From Chlamydiales bacterium (lineage in GTDB: Bacteria; Chlamydiota; Chlamydiia; Chlamydiales; JBFIDQ01), in contig JBFIDQ010000001.1 in assembly GCA_041603795.1 (NCBI GenBank), positions 1 to 42,211 of the forward strand: a stretch of 42,211 bases of DNA, written 5' to 3'. A program made the translations under genes and the position numbers. Each line of letters opens with the position of its first letter. Position 1 is the first letter of the stretch. Of the stretch, positions 32,324-41,806 are shown in pieces. The notes under the pieces are model-generated. The model was not told the origin of the DNA and did no database searches. It saw only the letters and a program-made list of their open reading frames with translations.

Positions 32324-33911
32324 ACCTGCCAAGACAGAAGATTCTGTTGTACTAAAGTTCGGTGGTGGAATCCATTCACGGGCATCTCCCGATGAGATTG
32401 ATCTCAGGGAATGCGCGGAAGGACAAAACTTCACACTGGATCTACAGAACAGGGAAATGCGCCCAAGGAAGGGCTTTGACCTTGTTGGCACAGCACCTAA
32501 TGCTGCTCAGATCAACGGTTTCATATCCCTGAGGAAAGCTGACGGAACGGTCAAACTTGCCGTACAGGCGGGTACTGCCGTCTATGACATTGACTCTGCC
32601 TATGACTTTGGCTCATCCATAGCGACGGTAAACACCAATGCAAGGATGCGCGGAAGGATTGAAGCCAATTGGGAGCTTGGCGATAAAGTCCTTATCACTG
32701 ACATGGCCCTCGCTCAGGATGTCTACGAATGGGACGGGACAACCATGCAGGCTGTCACGTTCACAAAGAACGATGGCTCTACAGCATGGACCAATGCCTT
32801 CCGGGCAAAGTATTGCATAGTAGATGATGAGAGGGCTATCTTCGCTAACATCTATGACAATGCTTCTTCGTTTCCTCACCTGATTGTTGGATCGGATCGG
32901 TCGGACTACACAATCATATCCAACGACAACCGGCCGTCATCTTCTCTTGGGGAGGGTGATGCCTTCTTCCTTATCCAGCCGGACCTGCGCCCTATCAACG
33001 GGATTGTGAAAAGCTGGAACAAGATTGTCACATCATCCCGTGGCGGCTCCCTCTACAGGCTGAACGGCTCAAGCTCTAAAGACTTTGCCTTTGTATCTAC
33101 CTTCCCGCGTTCAGGCGCTGAGGGTGATGAAGCCCTTGTCTACGCTGGTAACGATGTTATCTACGGACGACAGGGTAGGATCGAATCAGCCACGGCTACT
33201 GAGCAGTTCGGTGACGTTGATACTAACGACCTGTCTGAGGACATCAACGACCAGATAGAAACCTATGACGGCTGGACAATGGTTTACAATCAGCGTCTCC
33301 AGCGCGTCTACTGCTTTCCTGATAATCAGAATGAAATATGGGTGTTCCACAAACCAGTTCTTGGGACAGGGCTATCTCCCTGGTCTAAGTTCGTAACCTC
33401 CCACACAACAACGTTCCAGCCAACCGCAGTAATGAATGCGCTTGACCCTAATGACGGTCTTGAGTACACATACTTCGGAGACTCTAGCGGGAATGTCTAT
33501 AAGTTAGAAGGCACGGGTGCTGACCAAACTACAGACATAGTAGTGTCTCGCACATCGGGCTTGTTTAAGGTTCCCGCAGACCTTCAGGCATTTAACGTGC
33601 AGGGATGGATCCTCTACAGGGGTTTATCAACTGACGTTACTGTCACGTTAGAGTTTCAATATGCGGGGGAGAATGTCTTTAATGAAACTATAACGGAGGT
33701 GCTAAGTGGCACAGACGCAGGCTGGTACTGGGGCGGATCGAACTACTGGAGTTCTGACGACTACTGGGGGACAAGCTTTAACGGAAGACTCATCCGGAAA
33801 AAATTCGGAGTCCCCGGCCAAAGCAACGAACTCCAACTCAAAGTCACAGTCCAAGGTTCGGCATCTTTCCAAATCAACGAAATCGGACTCAACTTCTCAG
33901 CGGCGAACTGA
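32316..33911 (+). CDS. tail tubular B / nozzle-like protein (synteny call)
   Basis: 531-aa ORF at the gp12 position. No motif was recognised. Confidence 0.55.
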   Translation: MPRPAKTEDSVVLKFGGGIHSRASPDEIDLRECAEGQNFTLDLQNREMRPRKGFDLVGTAPNAAQINGFISLRKADGTVKLAVQAGTAVYDIDSAYDFGSSIATVNTNARMRGRIEANWELGDKVLITDMALAQDVYEWDGTTMQAVTFTKNDGSTAWTNAFRAKYCIVDDERAIFANIYDNASSFPHLIVGSDRSDYTIISNDNRPSSSLGEGDAFFLIQPDLRPINGIVKSWNKIVTSSRGGSLYRLNGSSSKDFAFVSTFPRSGAEGDEALVYAGNDVIYGRQGRIESATATEQFGDVDTNDLSEDINDQIETYDGWTMVYNQRLQRVYCFPDNQNEIWVFHKPVLGTGLSPWSKFVTSHTTTFQPTAVMNALDPNDGLEYTYFGDSSGNVYKLEGTGADQTTDIVVSRTSGLFKVPADLQAFNVQGWILYRGLSTDVTVTLEFQYAGENVFNETITEVLSGTDAGWYWGGSNYWSSDDYWGTSFNGRLIRKKFGVPGQSNELQLKVTVQGSASFQINEIGLNFSAAN

Positions 33912-34023
33912 TCCAAAGAAGCTTCTCAAATCTATCCTAAAAAGGGATCCGTCTGTAAGGCAGACATCTGAAGAAGATATTCGTTATGCCTACGCTGCTT
34001 ACAAGCGTGGCACGCTGGACGGA

Positions 34024-34413
34024 ATGACCATAGAGGACGGGCTTAATCCTGAAGAATTCAGGGACAGGTTTATAGAAACTGTCACAAGCATGTTCTCATT
34101 CCAGTGGACTATAGTAGCCCAGTCAAAGAATGGTTTTGTCCCGATCGGATTTATCTTTGGAATCAACAATGGTGTCTATATCCACGTAGGAAGTTTAGTC
34201 TTCTTTGGGTGGGCATCCAAAAGAAACAAACTAGAGGGTGTGGCTAAGTTTCTGAATGACGTTCGTAAAGAGGCGTTAGTTCTCTGGTTAACTGAGACTA
34301 ACAATCAATTGTTCGCAACGATAGCAAAAACCAAGATCATCCGCAGGGTTGGCACAGTATATGACTTCGTTGACGAGCAATATGCACAGTATCAAACGGT
34401 AGCAACTGCATGA
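34024..34413 (+). CDS. hypothetical protein (frame open from 33706; true start unresolved)
   Basis: The first ATG after the upstream stop is at 34024. The same frame is open through the 112-nt gap without any ATG, GTG or TTG. Confidence 0.45.
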   Translation: MTIEDGLNPEEFRDRFIETVTSMFSFQWTIVAQSKNGFVPIGFIFGINNGVYIHVGSLVFFGWASKRNKLEGVAKFLNDVRKEALVLWLTETNNQLFATIAKTKIIRRVGTVYDFVDEQYAQYQTVATA

Positions 34414-35153
34414 ATCTACTTAAAGACATTGGTAAGGCCGCAATACCCGGACTGGCATCCGCCGGTACAGGGTACTTGCTTGATAAACTTGTAGGGCCAA
34501 GTGATAGTGATATTCTGGCTCCGCTTAATCAGGCTCGTGGCGTTGCCAATGCAGGCTTTGCTGGTGGCGGACTGACTGGTAGCCGAGTCGGTGACAGGTT
34601 CCAGGTCTCTGGAAGCCCTCAGCGCAACGCAATCATATCTGGAATGTCTGGCTCCCTGAATGATCAAGCTAGGGAGTTTGCTGCATTACGGAGCAAGTGG
34701 GGATCGGGAACATCCGATCTGCGCAAGTCCCTGTTTCAGGAAGTAGACAATAATAGTCGGAGGACAATCTCTGACCTGAAGGATAACCTGGCCCGAAGAA
34801 AAGTAGCGGGCTCAAGCTTCGCAGCAGATGCTATTGCACGAGCACAGAATGAATTCAATCAGGAACGCAATCGCATTGGGCAACAGCTAGGACTTATAGA
34901 ATTGCAGGCGCAACAAGATCTAATCGGTAAGCAGTACCAGTCAACAGTGACATCTTACAATGCCGCGCTGCAGGAACTTAATCTTCAGGGTGATGCAGCT
35001 ATTAAGCTGGCAACACAAGGGCAGGCAGCAATCTCTAACCTTGCTGGTATTCAGTCTGAACTGTTAGCGCAGAGTGCAGGCGGAACGTTTGAACTGGTTG
35101 CTCCGGGTGTGCAGCAGGCCGTCCAAGGCGGAATAGGAGCATTATTCTCATGA
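34410..35153 (+). CDS. internal virion protein-like (synteny call)
   Basis: The 247-aa protein is Gly/Ala/Gln-rich and has ATGA overlaps on both sides. Confidence 0.55.
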   Translation: MNLLKDIGKAAIPGLASAGTGYLLDKLVGPSDSDILAPLNQARGVANAGFAGGGLTGSRVGDRFQVSGSPQRNAIISGMSGSLNDQAREFAALRSKWGSGTSDLRKSLFQEVDNNSRRTISDLKDNLARRKVAGSSFAADAIARAQNEFNQERNRIGQQLGLIELQAQQDLIGKQYQSTVTSYNAALQELNLQGDAAIKLATQGQAAISNLAGIQSELLAQSAGGTFELVAPGVQQAVQGGIGALFS

Positions 35154-36424
35154 GTATAGCAGCAGCAAGAGGTCTTCCTGGGATTAGGGCTTCGCAGCAG
35201 CTTGCCCTGCAGCAGCAACAGCACAAGGCCGCTGAACAAGCCAAGCTGATTGAGCGCGCAACGTCAGGCATTGACTCTACCATAGAGACAGCCGCTAAAA
35301 TTATGGAGAACTACCTTAATGGTGGTGAGGGTCGTAAGCCTACGGATGAAGCTGTAGCTAAAGTGCTTGCACCTCTTGAGGCTCAGGTATCACAGACGGC
35401 AGGCCCGCTGTCTCAGATGACAGGGATTAATCATCAGGCGATTGCTCAAGGAAAGTTTCAGGCTATTGGAAGCATGGTCACGCCTGAGCAAAAGAGGCAG
35501 CAGGAAGCTCTTGATACCAAGGCTGGCATTACTGCTGTAGCTGAAGGTAATGCTGAGGTTGTAAACACCGTCGCAGATACAGAGGCCAAGGCTGCTGATG
35601 CTGAAAGAACAGCAGAAAGAAACTGGCTTAATGAGAACCCGACATACGAAGGCAACGTTCCTGTTTATAATCCTCAGACAGGACAGACGGAAATGGCTCG
35701 CCGCGTTACTAGCGGAGAAGGAACCTATCTTGAATTAGGCGGCAAGCCTATGACTGCCCCGTGGATCGAGGCTGATGAAGTCAGTATTGGCATTCAGGGT
35801 TCGGACCTGACAAAACCGACAGAGAATCTTCTGCAGAAAGGCATAGTGGAGATTCAGGATGTTAAAGACCTGACTCAGAAACTTAAAGAGTCGTTTGATC
35901 CAAGTTTTCTTAATGTTGTCAAGCGTGCAGGAATTAACATTCTCGCAGAAGCTGAGAAGTACGGTTTTGAGTTAGACCCTGAGCAGAAACAGCTTGTAGA
36001 AAGAATGGCGGTATTTGTCCGTAGAAACTTTAAGCTGCTTAACACCTACGTCCGTCAGATTTCGGGTGCGCAGGTTACTGACAAAGAGGCTGAGCGCATC
36101 CTGAATGAACTGCCTAACTTCGGTCTGTCGCCTACAGAGTATGAGGCTGCAATGAACGATGTTATGAGAGACATCGCCTTGGCTCAAGCTAGGAAGCAAT
36201 GGTTCCTGAGAAAAGGAATTACGCTTGAGGCGCCTTCTATAGAGGATGTTGAAAGCGGAAAAGCGGAGTCTTTGGACGCGCCTATTGGGCCTGAAGGGAG
36301 GCCTATTACTCTTGAATCAATGGAGGGTATCATAAAAGACAGGGCGCGAGAGATACATAAGGAGCGCGGCAACATCAGTGTTCAAGAGGCGTTCGATCTA
36401 GCTGAAGAAGAATTTGGAATTTAA
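35150..36424 (+). CDS. internal virion protein-like (synteny call)
   Basis: 424-aa Gln/Ala/Glu-rich helical protein. Confidence 0.55.
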   Translation: MSIAAARGLPGIRASQQLALQQQQHKAAEQAKLIERATSGIDSTIETAAKIMENYLNGGEGRKPTDEAVAKVLAPLEAQVSQTAGPLSQMTGINHQAIAQGKFQAIGSMVTPEQKRQQEALDTKAGITAVAEGNAEVVNTVADTEAKAADAERTAERNWLNENPTYEGNVPVYNPQTGQTEMARRVTSGEGTYLELGGKPMTAPWIEADEVSIGIQGSDLTKPTENLLQKGIVEIQDVKDLTQKLKESFDPSFLNVVKRAGINILAEAEKYGFELDPEQKQLVERMAVFVRRNFKLLNTYVRQISGAQVTDKEAERILNELPNFGLSPTEYEAAMNDVMRDIALAQARKQWFLRKGITLEAPSIEDVESGKAESLDAPIGPEGRPITLESMEGIIKDRAREIHKERGNISVQEAFDLAEEEFGI

Positions 36425-36426
36425 TT

Positions 36427-38676
36427 ATGGCTGATCCTTTAATCTCTGGCGATACTCGCGTCTTGTCAACAGGCGAGCCTGACGAGTTCGATCAGATTGC
36501 TGAAAAAAGGTTTGGGAAGAAGTTCTCATCTGCCGTTAATAATCCAGTCCAGCAGGCTGATGAATTTGATCAGATTGCCGGCGATCGACTGAGTAACAGA
36601 TTCACTAGTCAGGTGGTTCAGCAGGATCAGCCTGATCAGGAAGAATCAATTGCTACAGATCCGTTTAACCTGACTAAGGTAGACTTCTCTACAGTAGTTC
36701 CTGATACAGTGTCTTTTGTCTCTAATGCTTTCGAGACTTTGGCAGCGCAGACAGGAAGGAACTACGCTGGGATGCTGAAAGGGGTTGCCAAGACAGCCGC
36801 TGGCGGTGTGCAGATGGCGCTGGACTTTGCTGCGTCTAACGATCTTTATTTTACAAAGGAGGACGCCAACGATTTCGCGTCGCTAACCCATGAAGAACTG
36901 ACCGAAATAAACGCCATGATTGAAGAAACCTTCGGTCCTGGAATACAGTTAAAGATCGGTCCTGTCGAATTTCAGGGTGATGACGTATCTGAGTTTGCCG
37001 GCGAAAATGCTATCTACATGGCATTCCCGTCAAGACTCGTTACTGTAAAGGGTGCTAAGCTCCTGCAGATATTAGCTGATGGTGCTTATGCTGCGTCCAT
37101 AGCGGCGCTTGAAGCTGCGTCTGCTCTACAGCCCGGGGAAGATTTAGCTGAAAGGAACATGACGAGAGCGGAGCGTGCGGAAACTGCTGCATTGATAGGC
37201 GGGCCTTTGGGCGCGATGTTCTCTATTCTGAACAGGTTCCGATCAGGGGTAAGCCAAGAGTTCAGTGAAGCACTTCAGACCGATTATGCTAAGCGCGGCA
37301 AAGAGATAGACGACTTCATTCGGAAGAACACTAATGCTTGGCTGAAGACTAATCAGGTCATGGATGATCCTCTGGCTGAGGGCTTTGAGATCATTGGTGG
37401 AGTAGGCTCTAAGCGTCAGATACGGCGACTGGAAAAGCTTCAGCATGAAGAACTGTTGAAGATGATGAATAGCACCATCGATGAGATTCATCATGCCAAG
37501 GACTTTTCCAAGAAGGCAAAGAAAGCTTTCGATGCTACAGTAGACGGTCTGAACAAAACAAGAAAGAAGCAATGGGATGCTGACTTCAGAAGACTTGAAG
37601 GCCTTGTTGATCTTAACGCTCCTGCTGTCCGGGCTAATAATTTTCGAGCAGTCCTGCGCGAGCGAATCTCGAAACTGAATAGTCTTCCTTATAAAAGCAC
37701 TCAGCAAATTAGCGAGCGGGAGGAACTGCTTCGCATGCTTAATGACGGAAGCATCACAGGGAAAGAGTCTTTAAATTCAATCAAGAATCTCATTTCAGAA
37801 TGGGGGCAGTCTGCGGGAGGTGATGCTTCGAGATTTGAAAAGATACTTTCTCCGAAAGCAGAGAAGCGATTTGCAAAAAAAGCATTCAAAGCGCTTAACA
37901 AGGATCTTGATGTTGCTGTTGACACAGGCATTCCTGGGGCGGAAGTTCTTAGGGAAGCCAGAGAGAATTACCGCACTCTATCGGAACCGCTCAACACATT
38001 GAAGGACACAGCCGTAGGCAAGCTGCTTGGAAAAGACAGGCTCCCCTCACCTAAAAAACTTACGAAAAAGTTCACCAAGTTAGACATTGATGATGTCAAG
38101 CAGACCATGCGGATCTTGGGTGATGTTGATCCTCAATTCGCTAATTCATACAGAAGGGCTTTCCTCGAAGAACATCTGAAGAAATCCGTCAAGGGCAACC
38201 TGCCCGCTAATCAGTCGCGGTTCAAGCCTACGGAATTCTTAAAAATACGCGGAGATGAAAACGCCAAAGAATTATTCGATGCTGTATTTGAAGGCTCCCC
38301 GCAAAAGAAATTCCTTGAAGATTCATTCGATGCGATTCAGCGTATAGCTACCAATCAATCACAACAAGGCGGCACATCTGTCTTTGCTCTGATTAAGTCA
38401 GCGTCTGGTGTTGCCGTATCTTGGGATAAAACATTCGCTGCTAGACTATTCACAGAGCTTGTAGTTCCTGGAAAACTGTCTAAAGTAATTATGTCTAAAG
38501 AAGGCGCTGAGGCTTTTGCTGCGTTTGCAAAACCGGCCAATCTCCCGGGATGGGCGGCAGCTATATCTTCGCTTGCCGATATACTCGGGGTGTACCCTAT
38601 GACAGAAGCACAGCTAAGAGCAGAAAACATTGTCGGCCCAAATAGTTCCGGCGAATTTGAAACCGAAGGACAATAA
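36427..38676 (+). CDS. large internal virion or ejection protein-like (synteny call)
   Basis: The 749-aa ORF is the largest protein of the tail-proximal block. No lytic transglycosylase motif was seen. Confidence 0.55.
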   Translation: MADPLISGDTRVLSTGEPDEFDQIAEKRFGKKFSSAVNNPVQQADEFDQIAGDRLSNRFTSQVVQQDQPDQEESIATDPFNLTKVDFSTVVPDTVSFVSNAFETLAAQTGRNYAGMLKGVAKTAAGGVQMALDFAASNDLYFTKEDANDFASLTHEELTEINAMIEETFGPGIQLKIGPVEFQGDDVSEFAGENAIYMAFPSRLVTVKGAKLLQILADGAYAASIAALEAASALQPGEDLAERNMTRAERAETAALIGGPLGAMFSILNRFRSGVSQEFSEALQTDYAKRGKEIDDFIRKNTNAWLKTNQVMDDPLAEGFEIIGGVGSKRQIRRLEKLQHEELLKMMNSTIDEIHHAKDFSKKAKKAFDATVDGLNKTRKKQWDADFRRLEGLVDLNAPAVRANNFRAVLRERISKLNSLPYKSTQQISEREELLRMLNDGSITGKESLNSIKNLISEWGQSAGGDASRFEKILSPKAEKRFAKKAFKALNKDLDVAVDTGIPGAEVLREARENYRTLSEPLNTLKDTAVGKLLGKDRLPSPKKLTKKFTKLDIDDVKQTMRILGDVDPQFANSYRRAFLEEHLKKSVKGNLPANQSRFKPTEFLKIRGDENAKELFDAVFEGSPQKKFLEDSFDAIQRIATNQSQQGGTSVFALIKSASGVAVSWDKTFAARLFTELVVPGKLSKVIMSKEGAEAFAAFAKPANLPGWAAAISSLADILGVYPMTEAQLRAENIVGPNSSGEFETEGQ

Positions 38677-38679
38677 AGC

Positions 38680-39294
38680 ATGAGTCTATATAGTTCACAA
38701 ACAATCTCTGGTTACAACTCTAGCCCGCCGTCAGATGATGGTGCTGCAGAATCACAGAACCAAGCCACATGGGCTGGCGTTAAAACCAAGCTGGGCGATC
38801 CTGTCAAGACCTTGGCAGAGGCTATTAATGCTGAGTTGCTTGCAGACTTCAACACTAACATCAACACCACCAGAGCGACACTTACATTTTGGGATGTAAC
38901 TGGATTCTATGCTGAATCAGCCGGAACCCAAGTGGTTAATAGCGGGGGATGGGACAACCTTCACTTCACAGCGAACGAAGTCGATCCTGCAACTGCATTT
39001 GCTGCAGATACTTATACCGCACCACAAACGGGGTACTATCTTTTCCACCTTCATTGCGCCGTATCAACGTCATTAACCACGGGTGAAGACTTCTCTTTGA
39101 GGGTGGCCAAGACTGGTAAAGTATTTGGAAAGTACGATAAAGGTGCAAACCAAAGCGGCGCCACTATAAATTCATGCACAGTAATAGCAAAATTAACGGC
39201 CTTGGATGATGTTATTTTTCAGTTAAATCATGGTCACTCTCCCAGTGTAGCTGTTACAACTAATGCTTTTGTTGCGGGGGTTAGAATAGCATAA
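38680..39294 (+). CDS. tail fibre with C1q/TNF-like C-terminal domain
   Basis: The N-terminus ISGYNSSPPSDDGAAESQNQATWAGVKTKLGDP resembles the adaptor-binding N-termini of podovirus fibres (from memory). YTAPQTGYYLFHLHC fits the C1q signature F-x-x-P-x-x-G-x-Y-x-F. Confidence 0.6.
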   Translation: MSLYSSQTISGYNSSPPSDDGAAESQNQATWAGVKTKLGDPVKTLAEAINAELLADFNTNINTTRATLTFWDVTGFYAESAGTQVVNSGGWDNLHFTANEVDPATAFAADTYTAPQTGYYLFHLHCAVSTSLTTGEDFSLRVAKTGKVFGKYDKGANQSGATINSCTVIAKLTALDDVIFQLNHGHSPSVAVTTNAFVAGVRIA

Positions 39295-39593
39295 TGAAAA
39301 AAGAACTCAGACATTTAGGATTCGATATAAATACAGATTATGAGTTATCATTTGATGACGCAGGAGATCTGTACATATCCGCATGGTTCTCAAACAAAAA
39401 ACAACCAACGGAACAGGAAATAGCTGCCGTAACAAAACAAGAGGCAGACGATGCCGAGGACGAATACGAAGTAAAGAAGAACTTTGATCTGGATAAAAAA
39501 GATAAAGCCATCATTAAGTGGATAGCAGACCTCCATGGCTTATCAATAGGGCAGGCTAAACAACAGCTAAAAGATATTTATAAAGCCCTATAA
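39294..39593 (+). CDS. hypothetical protein
   Basis: 99-aa ORF with a TAATG junction. It is the last gene of the late operon. Confidence 0.6.
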   Translation: MKKELRHLGFDINTDYELSFDDAGDLYISAWFSNKKQPTEQEIAAVTKQEADDAEDEYEVKKNFDLDKKDKAIIKWIADLHGLSIGQAKQQLKDIYKAL

Positions 39594-39598
39594 GAAAA

Positions 39599-39615
39599 CC
39601 GGGGCATTGCCCCGG
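39599..39615 (-). terminator. Rho-independent terminator for the leftward operon
   Basis: The minus strand reads CCGGGGC-AAT-GCCCCGG followed by TTTTCTTAT. Confidence 0.55.
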
Positions 39616-39629
39616 CTCTCCCCCTCCTT

Positions 39630-39653
39630 GCCCACTTTATAGTGGGCTTTTTT
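39630..39653 (+). terminator. Rho-independent terminator for the late operon
   Basis: GCCCACT-TTAT-AGTGGGC followed by TTTTTT. Confidence 0.75.
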
Positions 39654-39657
39654 ATGC

Positions 39658-40134
39658 CTAAATGGAAAGCACAATATCATCAAGGTTCGGCGGTGAGTAA
39701 TCCGGGCCTTTCATGATTTTGCCATCCTGGTTCTTCAGAGCCTTTCCGTCCTTAGGGATCTTGCTGTCGTTAGACCGGCACACCTCCTTGACTACATCGT
39801 CTAAAGGAATACCATAGGCCACGGCAGTACCAGCAATGACATACATCATGTCAGCAAGGGCGTCTGCAATATCTACGATGTCTTCCTCTGCTTCAGCATC
39901 AAGGTACTCATGGAATTCTTCACGCAGTAACATGATGCGTAGTTCCTGTTCTTCTATTGTTGGTATCTCGGCATTGAAACCACCAATCTTTAATCCGGTA
40001 GCCCGGTGCCAGTTGCGGACAGAATTCATTAAACCTTCAATCATTTCGATCTCCAAAAAACCCCAAGCAACAATTGCCATTATAAATACCGCCATGATGT
40101 TGGCGAATATAATTGGAATATCTTCAACGCTCAT
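39658..40134 (-). CDS. MazG-like nucleoside triphosphate pyrophosphohydrolase with hydrophobic N-terminal extension
   Basis: The core EEQELRIMLLREEFHEYLDAEAEEDIVDIADALADMMYVIAGTAVAYGIPLD...SNDSKIP..DGKIMKGPDY matches the EExxE...D-x-x-D MazG/PRA-PH-type pattern. Two SD-preceded in-frame starts lie at 40134 and 40044. Confidence 0.75.
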   Translation of the reverse strand: MSVEDIPIIFANIMAVFIMAIVAWGFLEIEMIEGLMNSVRNWHRATGLKIGGFNAEIPTIEEQELRIMLLREEFHEYLDAEAEEDIVDIADALADMMYVIAGTAVAYGIPLDDVVKEVCRSNDSKIPKDGKALKNQDGKIMKGPDYSPPNLDDIVLSI

Positions 40135-40337
40135 TCTACTTCCCTCTTTAATCGTTCAAGATATAATGTAGCATCCATCAGTTCTTCCTGTAGATGCTGA
40201 ATCCAATCCATTATATCAAGATCGTTGCGTGTCATTGGCTTACCATATTTCTTCATGCCTTCCATCGAACGCCTGAAATAGCGGCGCATTACAGCAGTGA
40301 CTACAGGATCCTCGTCTACATATACATCAAAGTTCAT
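40131..40337 (-). CDS. hypothetical protein
   Basis: 68-aa ORF with ATGA overlaps on both sides. Confidence 0.6.
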   Translation of the reverse strand: MNFDVYVDEDPVVTAVMRRYFRRSMEGMKKYGKPMTRNDLDIMDWIQHLQEELMDATLYLERLKREVE

Positions 40338-40414
40338 TTAAGAAGCCGCTCCCATATAGCTTTCCCAATAACATACCCTACAATAAGCCCAATAGAAAAA
40401 TCAATCCAGTTCAT
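40334..40414 (-). CDS. possible 26-aa hydrophobic peptide
   Basis: My own translation gives MNWIDFSIGLIVGYVIGKAIWERLLK. ATGA overlaps join it to the dnaB stop and to the next ATG. It exactly fills the gap between those two genes. Confidence 0.35.
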   Translation of the reverse strand: MNWIDFSIGLIVGYVIGKAIWERLLK

Positions 40415-41652
40415 TCTTCAAACCTCGTATACGGACCAAGGAATGACATCTTAGCCATACCTGTGGGGCCGCTTCTCTGTTTGCTTATGATAATTTCTGC
40501 TCTCCCTTTGTCTGGTGAGTTTTGATTGTATACCTCGTCTCTATAGATGAAAAGAATATTGTCTGCATCCTGCTCAATGGCACCGCTCTCCCGTAAGTCT
40601 GACATCATCGGTCTCTTGTCCTGACGCGATTCTAATCCCCTGTTCAATTGCGACAAGGCAAGCACCGGTATTCCCATATCCATCGCAATCATTTTTAAGC
40701 CACGGGAAATGGTGGAAATTTCTGTAGTACGGTTTTCCGCAGAGTTCGCAGACATAAGTTGTAGGTAATCGACGCATATCATATCCAGCCCTGAGTCTCT
40801 TTTAATCTCGAAGCACTTTTCTCGTAGCTGTGCTATGGTTCTGGTTCGTTCCTCAATGTAGAAATTAACCTTGCTTAGCTGGTATGCTGCTGTAGCGATA
40901 GAGCACCAGCCCTTGTCGTTCATCGATCCGTCACGTAGTTTGTTCAGATCGACTCGCCCTATGTTGGCAAGGTTCCTTTCCATAATCTGTGATGCGGACA
41001 TCTCTAAAGAGAACAGCGCGACTGACCGACCCTTGACGGCCTGATTCATCAGCAACTGACAAGCGAATGAGGTCTTGCCCATCGCAGGTCGGCCAGCCAC
41101 GACTGTTAAGGATCCCCCTTCCAGAGGATTAAGCACGGCGTCCACACCGTTAAAATCTGTCTTCAATCCTGGATAGTTCCCTTCGGAATACTGCTCCAGT
41201 CTCTCTACTACGCTCTTTAATAGCTCTGTCTGGTCGTGCTTTGTACGACCACCCCCTTGTTCTAGCTCCTGAAGCTTCTCAGAGGCGTATAAGAGGACTT
41301 CTGTCGCTTTTGAGGGGTCAGTAGCCCTTGAGGCAATCTCTACTCCTACGGCCTTGAGAGAGCGAAGGATAGACCAGTTACGAATGACTTTGGCATATGC
41401 CTGAGCATTGGCTGCTGTAGGAGTGTTGTATTCAAGCGACAAAGCATACTCTACATCCTCCTGCGGCATGCCGGCACTGGCTGTAATAGCGTCAAATGCT
41501 TCCTTGTTTTCCCGCAAGGACAGTACGCGTCTGTATAGCTCCTGATGTTCGGGAAAATGAAAGTCTCCCGGCTCAAGTGATACAGAGTCCAGGATTTCAT
41601 TGTCTATGAATATAGATCCTAGAACATTCTGCTCTGCGTCCTGACTAAACAC
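40411..41652 (-). CDS. dnaB: DnaB-family replicative helicase
   Basis: The N-terminal DnaB-type helix bundle reads AEQNVLGSIFIDNE. Walker A is GRPAMGKTSF. LFSLEMS and CVDYLQLM follow. Length is 413 aa. Confidence 0.9.
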   Translation of the reverse strand: MFSQDAEQNVLGSIFIDNEILDSVSLEPGDFHFPEHQELYRRVLSLRENKEAFDAITASAGMPQEDVEYALSLEYNTPTAANAQAYAKVIRNWSILRSLKAVGVEIASRATDPSKATEVLLYASEKLQELEQGGGRTKHDQTELLKSVVERLEQYSEGNYPGLKTDFNGVDAVLNPLEGGSLTVVAGRPAMGKTSFACQLLMNQAVKGRSVALFSLEMSASQIMERNLANIGRVDLNKLRDGSMNDKGWCSIATAAYQLSKVNFYIEERTRTIAQLREKCFEIKRDSGLDMICVDYLQLMSANSAENRTTEISTISRGLKMIAMDMGIPVLALSQLNRGLESRQDKRPMMSDLRESGAIEQDADNILFIYRDEVYNQNSPDKGRAEIIISKQRSGPTGMAKMSFLGPYTRFEE

Positions 41653-41806
41653 CTGTTTCTAATTTATCCTTGTAGTCCGTGCGCTGTTGTTTTTCAATTA
41701 TCTTGATAAGCCTCAAGATAGTCTGTCTGATGTGTTCAAACATGTATCCGCCAGCCTCAGCATGAAGTCTGCAACTTTCCATGAAGAAAAAATCATCATC
41801 ATTCAT
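41645..41806 (-). CDS. hypothetical protein
   Basis: The track ORF is 41645..41896. The internal ATG at 41806 (MNDDDFFFMES...) follows GGAGA. Confidence 0.5.
   Translation of the reverse strand: MNDDDFFFMESCRLHAEAGGYMFEHIRQTILRLIKIIEKQQRTDYKDKLETGV

Noticed and set aside
33795-33806. Possible -1 frameshift site at CGG AAA AAA TTC near the end of the 531-aa tail gene, to explain the startless downstream ORF
   Set aside because: A -1 slip from the upstream frame lands in the third frame and not in the open downstream frame, which is +1. The site is also not a canonical X XXY YYZ heptamer.
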